Below, piece by piece: positions 1 through 13,400 of a stretch of DNA of 64,000 nucleotides. The notes beneath the pieces are model-generated. The model had not been told where the DNA came from and did no database searches. It saw nothing but the letters and a program-made list of their open reading frames with translations. The first letter of the stretch is position 1, and each line of letters begins with the position of its first letter. Made by a program: the position numbers and the translations under genes. The stretch comes from the human T2T-CHM13v2.0 reference genome, Homo sapiens. The DNA lies in NCBI RefSeq assembly GCF_009914755.1, contig NC_060927.1; one strand, given 5' to 3'.

Positions 1-156
1 CTTTTGCACAGAGTCTTGCCTTGGTGTCCCGCTAGCCGAGTGGTTCCCAAAGGATGGTGCAGTTACCACTGGGGATGCATGCAATGATTGTAGGTGGTAC
101 AAGGTCAAACATTTTAAATGCTAATTGTTCCACTTCGATTGCAACATTATTCCAGC

Positions 157-494
157 ATAGTCATCCCTTGGTACGTGTGGCGATTGGCCCCTGAGGAGAC
201 CAAAATCCGTGGATGCTCAAGTCCCTGATATGAAATAGTGTTGTATTTATATACATACATACATCCTCTTCACATACCTACATACATCCTCTCTTATACT
301 TTAAATCATCTCTGGATTACTTATAATGCCTAATATAAGGTAATGTGATTTAAATAGTCATCATGCTGTATTGTTTTATTTGTATTACTTTTTATTGTTA
401 TATGTTATTTTTATTGGATTTTTTTTAAAAAAATCTTTGATCTGCAGTTGGTTGAATCCATGATGCAGAACCCTTGGACATGGTGTGCCAACTG
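157..494 (+). mobile_element. MER2 (Tigger-derived MITE)
   Basis: Matches recalled MER2 consensus: 'agtcatcccttggta...ccaaaatccgtggatgctcaagtccctgatat...ctttaaatcatctctggattacttataat...gaatcc...ccaactg'. Confidence 0.85.
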
Positions 495-499
495 CATGC

Positions 500-853
500 T
501 TATCCCTTACCCTTCAAGCTGCCATAACAAAATACCATAGACTGGGGAGCTTATAAACAACAGAAATTTATCTCACACCTGGCAAGTTCAAGGTCAAGGT
601 GCTGGCAGATTCAGTGTCTGCTGAGGGCCCACTATCTGATTCTTAGGTGGTGCCTTCTTACCGTGTCCCTGCACCATGGGAAGGGGGAAACCGGATGTCT
701 CTGGAGCCTCTTGTTTATGGGCACTAATCCAACCACGAGGGCTCCACCCTCACGACCTTGTCATCTCCCAAAGGCACCACCTCCTAACATTATCACATGG
801 GGGATTCCATTTCAGCAGGTATTTTGAGGGGACACCAACATTCAGTCTATAGA
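500..853 (-). mobile_element. MaLR solo LTR, MLT1A-like
   Basis: 'gctgccataacaaaataccatagactggg...cttataaacaacagaaatttat...ggcactaatcc...gagggctccaccctcacgacc...aacattcagtctatag' is typical of reverse-strand MLT1A/MST. Confidence 0.8.
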
Positions 854-1039
854 AACTTATTATCAGGTATATTTAACTAAAATATAGCTAGCCCTAGCAA
901 TCTTTGATGTAGTGTTCCCATTTAAAATAAATGTGTTTAAATGCAACTGGATGCTCAATTGGGAATTTCAATGGAAATGTCCAAATCCAATAGATGCCAC
1001 ACCTCAAGGTGTTGAGAGGCCGGATGCAGAATTCACAAA

Positions 1040-2020
1040 GAAGATGGCTTGCAACAAGAGTAAGAGTCGAGTGGAGAGAGACCGTTTCTGAAGAAGGATG
1101 TTGAGCAGAGAGTGGCTTGTGTGCTGGGAGGGCTGAGGGGAGTGGATGAAGGGGAGTGTGCCCCTCACCTCTTACTCAGTGGGAGGGGCTCTGGGGAGGA
1201 CCTTCAGCAGGATGTGGGGTGTACCTCTGAGTTTGGGGGACACAAGGGCTGGTAGGTGATACATAGCTGAGGACTAGGGCAGCAGGTGGTTGTGGCTCTT
1301 GAGCTTCAGGGCTGAGAGAAAAAAGACCCATATTGGGAGAAAGGGCGGATCCAGGTTCTGTGGAGCCTGCAGCGTACACAATCTGGGATCCCCTTGCTAT
1401 GGACGTGAATATCAAATTACCATGGAAGCACCTGGTGGGGCCCTCAGGATCTGGGAAGGGGCCCGGGCAAGTCATAGCTCTGAAGCCGAAGCTGCACCGG
1501 CTGCATGGCACATGACCTCTGCGTGGACAGCAGCTACACCAGAAACCAGGACAATGTGAAGGGGGAAGAGTAGGTTGTGCGCTTGATGTGGCCACATGGG
1601 AGAGAGAAACAGCCAGGACTGTTCTTCATCCTGCCCAACGGGGGCGGTAGGACTCCAACAGAGAAGGTCCATGCTGAGAGAAGGGCAAACCAGAGGAACG
1701 GGGCTGCCAGGATCCCAGAAAAGCCTGCGCCAGAAGGAGCCCAGATAACTGGGAGATAGCCTCTGAGCAGAGCACTAGTCACAGGTGAACACTCCTGTTG
1801 CCTTAGGTCTCCTCTGCTCCAGAGTGGGGCAAGAAGAGAGAAATGTACCTAAAGAAGGACTATCTCACCTCCCGCCATAAACCACCAACCCTCGGTGGCA
1901 CTCAGGAGGGGAGAGGACACATTTTTCAATGACTTGGACTTGGACACTCTCAATTACTGAAACGTGACTTAAAGTGACCACAGGACTCTTTTTAATCACC
2001 TAAGGCCAATCAGAGAAGGC
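1040..2020. mobile_element. Probable ancient LTR remnant (MamGypLTR/LTR81-like); boundaries approximate
   Basis: Purine-rich stretch ending in 'caattactgaaacgtgacttaaagtgaccacaggact' resembles old gypsy-type LTRs; weak recall only. Confidence 0.3.
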
Positions 2021-2428
2021 TCAGCACAGGCCCTAGCTTTCACAATCACTCCCTTTGAATCATGTTTGCTCAATGTTCCAAAGAGTCAATTTTTTTATAT
2101 ATGGAGTTTTCCATTTTTAATATTTGGTTAAACAAAATAGATCATTTATAAACAAACAGCACAAGGTCACCAACAAAAAGGAATAAAAGCAAGAAAATCA
2201 AAAAGCCTAGGATTGCCTGTTATTGGGCATCAGGGTCAAGCCTGCTCATCTTCCTTAAAGGAAGTGAGGCTTTTTGCCCTTGGGCATCAGCATGGGTCCC
2301 TGTTTCTAAGCAGCAGAGTTGAATATGAACAGAGAAACCAGCCCTGAAATGGTTAAGCATCTTTCCATATCCCATTGGCTCATGGACTCCAAGTGCATGG
2401 GGACTCCCAAAGAGTCAGTTTTTAAAAA

Positions 2429-2811
2429 TGTATTGTTTCACTTTGCTAGCACGGCCACAACAAAGCACCAAGACTGGGTGCCATAAACGACAGACACTCA
2501 TTGTCTCAGCTCTGGAGGCTGAAAGTTTGAGATGAAGGTGTCAGAGCGGCTGCTTCCTTCTGAGGCTACTCTCCTTGGCTTGTGTGTGGCCACTTTCTCA
2601 CTATTTTCTCATGTCCTTTCCTCTTGGTGGTCTGTGTGTCTGATATTCTTATATGGATACCAGTCACATAGAATTAAGACCCACCCTGACAGCCTCATTG
2701 TAACTCAATTACCTTTTTAAGACCCTATCTCCAAATATAACCACATTCTGAGGTACTAGGAGTTAAGATTTCAACATACGAATTGTGGGAATACACAAGC
2801 CAGCCCATAAC
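2429..2811 (-). mobile_element. MaLR solo LTR, MLT1B-like
   Basis: 'tgtatt...acaacaaagcacca...ctctggaggctgaaag...ccctatctccaaatat...cacattctgaggtactagg...cagcccataaca'. Confidence 0.85.
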
Positions 2812-2879
2812 ATATATAAAATAAATAAAAGCTATTTAGACTCCAGGATAGGGAGCTAGACTAAAAACTTCAATACTGT

Positions 2880-3480
2880 AACCACACCCAAGGAATTTAA
2901 CATTTAAACACTAACATTATCTACTATCTAGCACATAGTAAAATTGCCCAATTGCCCCCAAATTTCCTTCATATATTGTTTTATGACCCAAGATCTAATT
3001 AAGGATTTTGCACTGCATTAGACCGATTTTTTTAGTCTCCTTTAATCTAGAACACTTCTCCTGATTTTCTGTTGTCTTTCATGACATCAAGGTTTTGAAG
3101 AGTCCAGATTTTATGGACAGCACCTAGATTTGGCCAACTGTATGCTCATCATTACACCCAGGTTAGACACTTGGGCAGGAGATTTCCATAGGTGGCAGGG
3201 GTTCTTCCTACCGTCTTGCCTCAGGAGTTGCATGACATATGTCCGCCCCACTGCTGGGGATGCTAAGTGTTATCCCTTGGTGAAGGTGGTGTCCCTCGGA
3301 TTCCATCATAAAAAGATGCCTTTTCCATGTTTTTAAATTAACAACTAGTTTTCAGGGTGATGCTTTAAGACCCTGTGACTCTCCAGTTCCCCAACAGACT
3401 TTGACCTGAAGGTTGTTGCATTCACGGATGACCTTCACCTGAGTCAGTTACTATAGGTGGGTGGTTGCAAAATGAACTAT
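2880..3480 (-). mobile_element. L1MC-type 3' end fragment
   Basis: 'tagtctcctttaatctagaacac...tgtctttcatgacat...ttgaagagtccag' resembles L1MC4/5 3' UTR in reverse. Confidence 0.65.
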
Positions 3481-3589
3481 GTCATGTATACATAATCAAT
3501 ACTACAAAAGCATCCTTGGAAAGCGTTACTAAGTAAGATAAACAAATAAGGATGTGGAAGGGTGGAACCAAAGGCAAGGCCTATAACTA

Positions 3590-3730
<141 letters not shown>

Positions 3731-3759
3731 TTACGATAGTCTCATATTAAACCTAATGT

Positions 3760-4111
<352 letters not shown>

Positions 4112-4196
4112 CTATCCCAGCAATGGACTTTTCATTCCTTTAATGACTCATTCTGTGAAGATAAGTGCAGAGAATCTATTAAGATGTTAAAACTGG

Positions 4197-4377
4197 CAGC
4201 CTGGGCAACATAGCAAGACCTCATCTCTACAAAAATTAGCCAGGTATGGTGGCTCATGCCTGTAGTCCCAGCTACTCAGGAGGCTTGAGCCCAGGAGTTC
4301 AAGACTGCAGTGAGCTGTGATGGTGCCACTGCACTCCAGCCTGGGCAATAGAGCAAGACCCTGTGTCTTAAAAAAAG
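4197..4377 (+). mobile_element. 5'-truncated AluJ
   Basis: 'cagcctgggcaacatagcaagacc...gagcccaggagttcaagactgcagtgagc...' followed by an A tail. Confidence 0.85.
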
Positions 4378-6343
4378 TCTTTAAGATAATCTATAGATCT
4401 GCTACAGCAAATATTTAGGGCATAAATATGTCTTAAAACTTTCTAGAAGCTAATGTGAAAGAGAAATTTATCAGTTACACAATCCGGCTACTGGGACTGT
4501 GAGATTGGCTGCCAACAATGAATGTGAGGTGGGTGTCACTATGAAAGAATAGGCCTCCTCCTCTTACCCATGGGGGGACTCAGAACTCAATGCTGAGTTC
4601 TGCTTAAATGTAACTGACCAAAAATGGATATTAACCTCTGCTCCATCCTGACTTCCCACTAACACGGCAATAAGATGTTAAAAGGAGGGGGAATGCCTAC
4701 ACTTATAAGGACAAAGAGAACAGAAGAGGAGAAAATAGCAACAAATGTTAGAGTCAGGAAAGGAGATGGATGAGGGATGAATGAATTCGCTGATTTTAGA
4801 AAGCTGACTCCCGAGCCAGCTGTGGGAAGCCTAATAAACCGCAGCTCCAAAAGTCCTGAGAACGGAAGCACAAGGTGCCTCTGCAGCAGAGGTGAAGGCA
4901 GTAATAGAAACAGAGAGTGGACTGAAAGTATTTTCATAAGCAGGCAGATGCCCAGAGCCTCTCCATCAGACTGGACAACCTCATTCTGGCAGAATGCTAA
5001 CTTCTAGAAACCAGAATAGGGGTCTCTGAATTGGGCACAGTTAAAGTCAGAAGAACCAGGGGAAATGAATGAACTTGACACACTCAGTGCTGAACACACC
5101 AGCCCTGTTCCCCACCAGCATCCAGAACACTGGTACCCAGGCTTCTCTTTCCAGGCCTCAGATACTCAGGGGAATTCAACCTGATCAGGAAGAAAGATCT
5201 GAGGAACTCCCAATGAAACAGCCCAAGCAGATCATCCTGCAATGAAGTCCTACAATGACAAGCCACAATTTCCCATGACACACACACACACATATGCACA
5301 CACATGCACATGCACAAAACTTTCCACCAGTGTTTTAGTGCCATGCTTTTAAATATGAGCAATCAAAAGGATTGTCAGACATCTGAGGAAGTCTCTGATA
5401 TGAGAGACAGAGGTCAGAACAAACACAAATGGAAAACAAGAAAAGCAACTTAAAGGAAACAAAGGTTACTTGGGAGGAAGAAAACTTCAAAATCATTATC
5501 ATTAATACAAGCAGAGCGCTAAGAAATGATATTCTGACCAGGAAATAAGAATAGAGTATTATTAAACAAAAGGAACATAGAAAGAGCTCTTGGAAACTTA
5601 AAATGTGATAGTAGAAATGGAAAATGTAAGAGAAGAGTTTGGATGATACAGTCGAGGAAAGCCGTAAGATGGAGCAGAGAGACAGGAAAAGGAGAACAAG
5701 GATCAGAAAGTTAGAAGGCCAGTTCAGGAAGCCCAACATTTGGGTAATAGGAGTTCCAAAAAAGAGAGAACAGAGAAAAAGTAGAAGAAATTACCAAGGG
5801 GAAAAAGTTCATGAAAGTGTCCCAGAACAGTTCTGGAGATTCTAGGTCAGAAGGGCCAGAAAAATGGAGAGGTGTGGACCTACATCAAGATACATGTATG
5901 AAACTTCAGGGCACTGAGGATAAACAGACAGCCCAAAAGACTTCCAGAGAGAGAGAATAAAATACAACAAAACAAATTTTACAACTGTGCAAAGTCAAAG
6001 ATGGCACTGGCACTAGCTTTGCAATAGCAGCCTGGAAGCTGGAAGACAACAAAGCAACATCTTCAACGTTCCCAGGAAACTCATTTCTAACTAGAATTCT
6101 ATATCTAGCCAAGTAAGAGTGAGAGGAGAATAAAAATACATTCAACTACTCAATGCCTCAAGAAATGAGGAATGACTAAGGAAGACAGAGATGTGGAACT
6201 CAGGAAATGGGTGCTTTAGCCTGAGAAATGGGAAGGGTGTTCAGGATGGGGTGAAGGAAGTGCTGTCCATGAGGAGCAAAGGGCAGGGTTCCCATAGACA
6301 CTAGAAGGTTCTGGGAAAAGCCCCTTAGAAGAAAGCATAGGTA

Positions 6344-6651
6344 GGCCAGGCACAGTGGCTCACGCTTGTAATCCTAGTACTTTGGGAGGCCAAGGTGGGC
6401 AGACGACTTCAGGCCAGGAATTCGAGACCAGCCTGACCAACATGGCGAGACCCCGTATCTGAAAAAAAAAAAAAAAAAAAAAAAAATTAGCCGGGCATGG
6501 TGGTATGCACCTGTAATCCTAGCTACTCAGGAGGCTGAGACATGAGAATCCCTTGAGCACAGCAGTAGGAGGTTGCAGTGAGCCAAGATCTCACCATTGC
6601 ACTCCAGCCTGGGCAACAGAGGGAGACTTATCTCAAAAAAAAAAAAAAAAA
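6344..6651 (+). mobile_element. Alu inserted in HAL1, with expanded central A tract
   Basis: Dimeric Alu; about A25 linker at 6462-6486; degenerate TSD gcataggta / gcataagta. Confidence 0.93.
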
Positions 6652-6712
6652 GAGGAAGAAGAAGAAGAAGGAGGAGGAGAAGGAGAAGGAGAAGAAGGAG
6701 GAGGAGGAGGAG
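6652..6712 (+). repeat. (GAA)/(GGA) purine microsatellite in the Alu tail
   Basis: 'gaggaagaagaagaagaaggaggaggagaaggagaaggagaagaaggaggaggaggagga' read directly. Confidence 0.9.
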
Positions 6713-7499
6713 GCATAAGTAGAGTCACTGATGCTTTGAAGATACTAGAGCAGACTGGTTCAATTAGAGGCTGTTTGAACATGAATTCATAACAAAAGAA
6801 TAGAAAATTAATAGAACAGATTATTAACAGGGTAAGTTATAGAAAATTAAGCAAACAGTAACTCCAGGAAATATATAAGTTGTCCAATAAAGGAAAATAA
6901 CTGTAGACTGCTGTATGGTTTTGCACCAAAAAACTGTATAAACTCTAAATATGGATCTAAACCAAATTGCAAATTTACCATACCACAAGAACTGTGATAG
7001 GATGCACGTCTACATCATGGGGGGAGGGGACAAGTTTTGCAAGAGCGCTAAACCCTCATTTCCTGAGTAAGAAGTCAACACACATTGCTTGAAATGAAAT
7101 ATAAAATCAACAAATAACAATATAAGCTTGTTCTGTAGAGGTGAGGAGATAAATCCAAAAGGGATCTGCTAAAAAAATTGAAAGCGGTTTCCTTCAGGAC
7201 CTGGGAAATGAGGAAAGATGAAAGGAAGAATACTATTTTTCATGGCAAGCCTTGCCAAAATCATCTGTGACTCTTTATGTACACTTATAACTTTGATTTA
7301 CACAATTAGATGTAAATTTTAAAAAATTAGTCAATGTCCGCCCAAATTGTTGTTCGTGTGTGAGACCAACAGAAAGATCATCTCAGATATCCATGAGTTC
7401 ATACATTACAACCTTCTGGAAAAATCGGTAGAAAAAATATTCCACCTAATTAAGATTCAGGAATGGGAAAGTTAAGTTAGAAAAGAAAGAGATTCTCAG

Positions 7500-8035
7500 T
7501 ACTGACAATTATTTTCTGAACTAGAAGATGCATAATAATAAAATTAATGAACAAATTAAAAATGAAAATTGCATCTAAAATCCTAGCTATTACCTAGAAA
7601 ACGCAGTGGAGAGGGGGAGATGGTTTTTACAGAGAGAGGAATCAATAGTTATCACTTTATTTTTGATATTCATTTTTACGACATAGGTCCACTTAAAAAT
7701 AAAATAAAGGTAAACAAGCAAAATTAAATATAAGTCTACTTCCCAGTCACTAGTGGGAAAATCAAAGACAGTGAAATTAAAAGAGCAAAAAGATAGCAAG
7801 GAAATGAAGTGAGAAAGCAGAAAAGAACACCAGAAATGAGACCAAATAGTTATGGCATTTAAGTAAATAGGCTAAACTTTCTTGTTAAAAAACATAGGAG
7901 TTTTTTTAAAAATCCGAAACCACTGCTATTTTTAAGCAAAAACTCCTAAAACAAAATGACAAGTAACATTTCAGAATGAATGGATGATAGTGCAGTTTAG
8001 TTAGACCAAAGAGACATCATGGAATAAAAAATAAA
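7500..8035 (+). mobile_element. Old L1M fragment (around the ORF2 start)
   Basis: A-rich; 'gtaaataggctaaactttcttgttaaaa...cctaaaacaaaatgac' resembles a decayed L1 endonuclease start. Confidence 0.5.
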
Positions 8036-8175
8036 AGTCAAGTCGTCAGGGAGAGAGTGGATGAAATGTCAGCGCAGGAGCGAAGCCTGCTCTGAGCAGG
8101 GAGCAGGAGCCAAGAGCCTTGAGCTCCTGTTATATTTTTTGCTGGTGAGGGACGAAACTATCTGTGAGGCGGGGA

Positions 8176-8305
8176 CCATCACTGTGCCCAGTTTAGAGAT
8201 GAAGAAATAGAGGCACAGAGACATGCTAAGTCTGGCACCAGGCAGTGGCAGGACTGGAAAAGGAGACTGGGTCTGGCCAACCCCGAAGCTGTGCTTCTTC
8301 CCGTC
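8176..8305 (-). mobile_element. MIR fragment
   Basis: 'cccagtttagagatgaagaaatagaggcacagag' is the MIR core in reverse. Confidence 0.7.
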
Positions 8306-10415
8306 CTGCCAGGAGTGTGGCGCTCATTGTAGAGGAAGTTCCTAATAAAAGCAGCCTCATTTGTCAGGGGTCAAGGGTTCCCTGCTTGGCCCTCTCGCAA
8401 ATGGCATCCCTCTGGAGAAGTGGGTAACCCTAGACATCAGGGTTCCCCTGCGGGCCATGTGTGCAGAGTCCAAGTGTGTCCTAGCCACCCCTCGGCACAG
8501 GTCTTGGCAGCGGCCTCCCTCCTGGACACAGGGCTCCCCTCCCCCGACAGCGGGTGTCCTCTCTCCTGGCCCACACCTCTGGGCCCCGCTCAGCCTCCTC
8601 ACGCCCTGGCCAGGGTTGTCAGCCTTTCTACTGGTGCAGCCCCCGCATCCCCCGAGGCTGCTGCGCAGGCGGGGGCAGGTCCCCTGGAAGGTGGCCTCAG
8701 ACGCCCTACAGGTCAGGAGGATGTCCTCTGCTCCTATTGCCTGCCCCGCCCAGGCGGAGAGGTGCTGGGGCCTCCCACCTCTGAGCCGCAGAAAGACCCA
8801 CAGGGGAGCCCCCAGGGAAGGCTGTGGAGAAGCCCAGCCACCTCGCCTGTTCCTTTGGAGAAAGCAGGGGGCTCTAAGGAGAGGCAGCGCCAGGCCTGGG
8901 TGCAGGGTGAGGAGTCCTGACCCTTGCTCTCTGTCTCTCCCCGGGGCTTTCCTGTCCAATACCAGGGGCTTGTGCTGGCCGCGCATCTGTGCAGATGTGT
9001 ACGTGCGGGGCTGCAGTGGCTCGGTGCCCTCGCTGAGCCCTGGTCGTCTTGTCCCTGGAAGTACCTCCTGTTAGGATTCCCACGACAATGCCCACGTGGC
9101 ACTTTTTCCGCCTGGGTTTTCGGCACAAAAGAGAAGGAGTTCACAGGGTCCTGCAGGCCCCAGCCTCTGCGGGCTCATCTGCCCGGGGCGTGATCAACGG
9201 TGAGCTCCCCATAGGGAAGCTCTGCAAACCCACACTCCCAGAGCTCCTCCAGCAAACACTGGATGCCTGCTCAGAAGAGCAGGGAACACAGGGGCCACCA
9301 GATCAGAACCCCATTCCCCTTCTGGCTGCTGCTCCCCTCTATGAAAGCCCAGTCTGGTCCCCCTCACCCCTCTGGCCTCACCACCTAGGTCTCACCTTGC
9401 TGTTTCCTGAAGGAGCCGGGAATGCCCTGCCTCCACACCTACTGTTCCCATCTCAAATGGGTGTTGTCACCCAAACACCCACAGCCCCCCACGCCAACCT
9501 CCTTTGCATCAGCCACTGCTGCCTTCCCGGTAAGGTCGCCCTGACCACCTTATTTAAAGTTGCACTCCCACTTCCTATGTGCTGTTTCCCATGTGCGGAT
9601 GGCTGGATGGATGTGTTGTCCCCGTGAGGCTGAGTGGCCGGCTCCGTGCCCCCTGAGGCCTTTACCCACTCCCTCCCCAGCACACACGTGATCTCCACCC
9701 GGTCTACTCCCAATCTCAGCTTCTCTGTGGTTTCCTGGACTTTTCCTCCTCACCGCCACCCCCATCACGGCCAGAGTACCAGTCAGGGGGCTCTGCCACT
9801 CAGCACAGTGCTGAGTGGCAGAAAGAGAGGGCCTCACCCAGGAAGCCAGCTGCCTCCTCTCCACCCTCCCTGGAGAGCCCCCAGGGGTGGCTAAGTCGGA
9901 GAGACTGAGACGCAAACTCTGAAGGAAGCTGCAGAGAAGGAGTATTAGCCCCAACAAAACTTAGAGTCTTGGCAGCTAAATTCAAATCAAATGTGATTTT
10001 GATACCAATTCAAACAGCCTAGGCAGAAGAGCTAAGGGATTTTCTACTTGAAAGCATAAAAGGAACGGAGAAGACGTCTGAATTCTAACAGCTGAGAATT
10101 ACTGAGATGAGGAGAGATTTGGGGAATCAGAAAAAGTCTACTTGGAGCAGCTTCCCTTCCCGGATGGAAAAGGGAGTGCCAATCACGGCTGCCATGGCAA
10201 CAGGTAGGCGCCAAATGCCAGCACAGAGAGAAGCCGAGCGCGCCTTCCCACAAAAACGCCACAGTTATTGTTCTAACAGGAGCAGGATGGAAGTCATGTC
10301 CATGCATCACCCCACATCCCCAGCATCACTCCACATCCCCAGCGCCAACCTACAATGCCTGAAAGTTCTCTCCATGGCCAGAAAGATTGGAAGGAACTGA
10401 CACACAGCTCCACCA

Positions 10416-10462
10416 ACACACACACACACACACACACACACACCCCACACACACACACACAC
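10416..10462 (+). repeat. Interrupted (CA)n microsatellite
   Basis: Directly visible, with a ccc interruption. Confidence 0.95.
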
Positions 10463-10477
10463 TCATTTCCCTTCTGC

Positions 10478-10880
10478 TCCAATTCCTAAAATTTAGTAGC
10501 TTAAAACAACAACAAAAAATCAATTTATTATCCTCATTCTTTTGTGGGTCAGGAATGCAGAAAGGGCTTGGCTAGGTTGTTGGGCGTGGGGCCTCTGCTG
10601 CTGTTGTGGCTGGTGGCTGGAGCGGCGGTGGCTGCCGGGCATCTCTCTTCACACAAGCTCAGGGCCTGCTGAGGTGTGTGCTGACACAGACACATGTGCC
10701 TGCCTGAGGCAGAAGCTGCACGCGGCCTCTTCACACCTGGTCCCGCACCATGTAGCATCACTCTGCCACCTGCTACAGGTTACTTGTGGGAGTGGCAAGA
10801 GGAGGGAAATTAGACCCCGCACTTGACCTTGCAGTGGCAAAGTTCTGAAGGGACAGTGAAACAGGAGACGCTATGTGGCC
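10478..10880 (-). mobile_element. MaLR LTR (MLT1F/G/H-like)
   Basis: 'cctaaaatttagtagcttaaaacaacaa...tttattat...tgtgggtcaggaat...gggcttggct' is a reverse MLT1 start. Confidence 0.7.
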
Positions 10881-11144
10881 ACCCTGCCCTCATCCTCAGA
10901 GAGGAGCGTGGAACTGGGAAGGCGGTAAGGGAACACAGTGCCGGAAGGGAAAGCAACCTGTCAGCACTTCCTGGTTTGACAGAGAGGGTGAGGGCATTCT
11001 GGAGGGAAACAACAAGAAGAGCCACATAGAATGGAGTTTTAAGAGCTCTAAGAATTCTCCCCACAACCTAGAAAACGAATCTGGAAAGCCTAGAGGCGGT
11101 ATGAGTGCTCACCAGCTGTGTGGGGGGTGGAGATGCCTGACTAC

Positions 11145-11360
11145 AGCAGCACTACCCAGGAGAAGATTCTGCCGTAACAGAAATGTCCCATGTCTGCCTT
11201 GTCAGGTACAGGAGCCACAAGCCACATGTGGCTCTGAGCCCTTGAAATGTGACTAATGAAACTGAGACACTGAATTTTAACTTTTATTTCATTGTAATTA
11301 ACTTAAATTTAAACTTAGAAAGCCATGTTTGGCTAATAGCTATCATATCAAACAGTGTGG
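11145..11360 (+). mobile_element. MER3 (hAT-Charlie MITE)
   Basis: 'agccacaagccacatgtggct...cttgaaatgtgacta...actgaattttaacttttatttc...agccatgtttggcta' matches MER3. Confidence 0.85.
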
Positions 11361-11617
11361 GTCTGGAATTAAGTATCTCAGCCAACAAATCAAACCGTGT
11401 CTTAAAGGAGAGAAGAGAAAAGTGCAGAGATCGGCCCACCTGACGCCTGCCTCTCACTGCCAAGACAGCTCTCGGGTTTGCCTCTCCACCCACCTCTCAG
11501 GAGAAAGAAGAGAAAAGTTCAACACTAAGGGCTGATTCAAGGTAACAGTCTCATAGGGCAAACAATAACTTATTACAACATTCTCCTGGAAGAGTTAGTC
11601 AATGCAATTAAATACAT

Positions 11618-11926
11618 GGCCAGGCTCAGTGGCTCCCACCTGTAATCCCAGCACTTTGAGAAGCCCAGGAAGGAGTATTACTTGAGCCCAGGTGTTTAAG
11701 ACCAATTTAGGCAACAAATTGAGATCCTATGTCTACAAAAGATGTTTTAAGATCATCTCAGCATGGTGGTGCACGCCTGTGGTCCCAGCAACTCAGGAGG
11801 TTGAGGTGGGAGGATTGCTTGAACTTAGTAGTTCAAGGCTTCAATGAGCCATGATCACACCACTGCACTCCAGCCTGGGCAACAGAGCAAGACCCTGTCT
11901 TTAAAAAAAAATGAATAAATAAATAA
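11618..11926 (+). mobile_element. AluJ
   Basis: Dimeric Alu with J-type features and an A/(TAAA) tail. Confidence 0.92.
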
Positions 11927-13400
11927 GATGCATACAAATTGGAAAGAGGAGACAAATTTATCATTGAAAATAATAGTATGGTATCACTGGGTAAAGATTT
12001 TTAAAATATTGGAAACAACAAGCCAATTTATTAATGTAGTCAGTTATAAAATTAGCATATCAAAATCAATAACTTTCTTTTATATAAAACATAAGCAGCT
12101 AAAAATATAATGAAGGAAAAGAGCTCATTCTCAATAGCAACTGAAAGTATAAAATGCCTAAGAAAAAAAATTTAAGAAATGTGAAGGCCTTACATGAAAA
12201 AAACTATAAAGCTCAACTAAGACATAAAATAAGATAGAATAATTGGAGAGTCATATCTTCTTATTGAAGAGAAAAACTTAAAGTTGTAAAGATGTCAATC
12301 CTCTGTAAATCAAAATTCTAATTGAATTTTTTGACAAAAAAACTCAATTGAACTTGACAAAGTATTCAAAATATGAACAGATACATCAATGGGGGAGAAT
12401 AGAGCATCCAGAAATAAGCCCATGAATTATGTGAGGGTTTAAATGCTGATAAAAATGGCATGAAAATTGAAGAAATGATGGAATGTTTAATAAATGGTAT
12501 TGGGATAAATGTGTAAGCACTTGGAAAACAATAAAGCTGAATCTCTACTTTCTTAGACTAAAAAGAAAAAAATCCAAAAGTATCAAAATTCAAATGTCAA
12601 AAATGAATCTAAAAATGTAATAGAAGAAAACGTGGGTGAATTTTTTATCCTGGTGTGAGAAAAAGTCTTTCTAAGCATGACAAAAAAGCCCAGAAGCCAG
12701 AATGGAAAAGGCGGACTGATTTGACTATGTAAAAGTGGAAGACTTCACTTCAGCAAAATACCCATTTAAAAACATAATAGACACACTGGGAAAAATTAGC
12801 TGCCATCCAGAAGCTAGACAAAGGTCAAATTTCCCTAAATTACAAATTACTCTCACAAGTCGTGAGGGAAAATTACAATACAATGGAAAAGTGGGCAAAG
12901 TAAATGGGCAGGCAATTTTCAAACGCTCCCCTCCAAAAACAGACACATGAAAAGAAGCCCAGTTTCACTGCTAGTAAGAGAAACACAAATTAAATTAGAA
13001 TATATTATATTCATCACCTCTATTGGAAACAACAAAAAAGACTACATACCCATTGCTGTTAAGGAGCTCAGGAAAGGTGGTGTATAAACAAAGACAGCTT
13101 TTCCAGAGGACCGTTGGTGATAACAAATATAATTGTAATTTCAAAAACTTTTTACCTGGTGATTCATATTCTAGGAACTTAACATCCATACTTACTCAAA
13201 GATACATGGGCAAGACTGCACCTTTGCTTGTTATCGTAGAATTTGCAAAACAAAATGAAACAAAAAACAAACATCAAATGTCTAGAGGGAATTGGATTCT
13301 CCACTACAGTAAACCCATCCCTGGTATGAAACAACATGTGGCCAATATGCACTGGCTTGGGGAAATGCACAACACACTGATAAGAGAGAAAAGGTTGGAA
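11927..13400 (+). mobile_element. Decayed L1M ORF2/3' region
   Basis: A-rich L1 ORF2 hallmarks ('caaaatcaataactttc', 'cattctcaatagcaac', 'gtaaagatgtcaat', 'taataaatggtattggga'); many stops. Confidence 0.75.

Larger units (their letters stand above)
4650..7326 (+). mobile_element. Near full-length decayed HAL1 (half-L1), interrupted by an Alu
   Basis: Follows recalled HAL1 consensus ('cagacatctgaggaag...aaagagctcttggaaa...taataggagttcc...ctagaattctatatctagccaa'). The ORF1p-like remnant RIRKLEGQFRKPNIWVIGVP lies in ORF 5639-5845. No ORF2 follows; A-rich end near 7326. Confidence 0.75.

Noticed and set aside
8357-9627. Overlapping 190-237 aa ORFs on both strands
   Set aside because: GC-rich sequence with few stops, mostly non-ATG starts, no domain resemblance.
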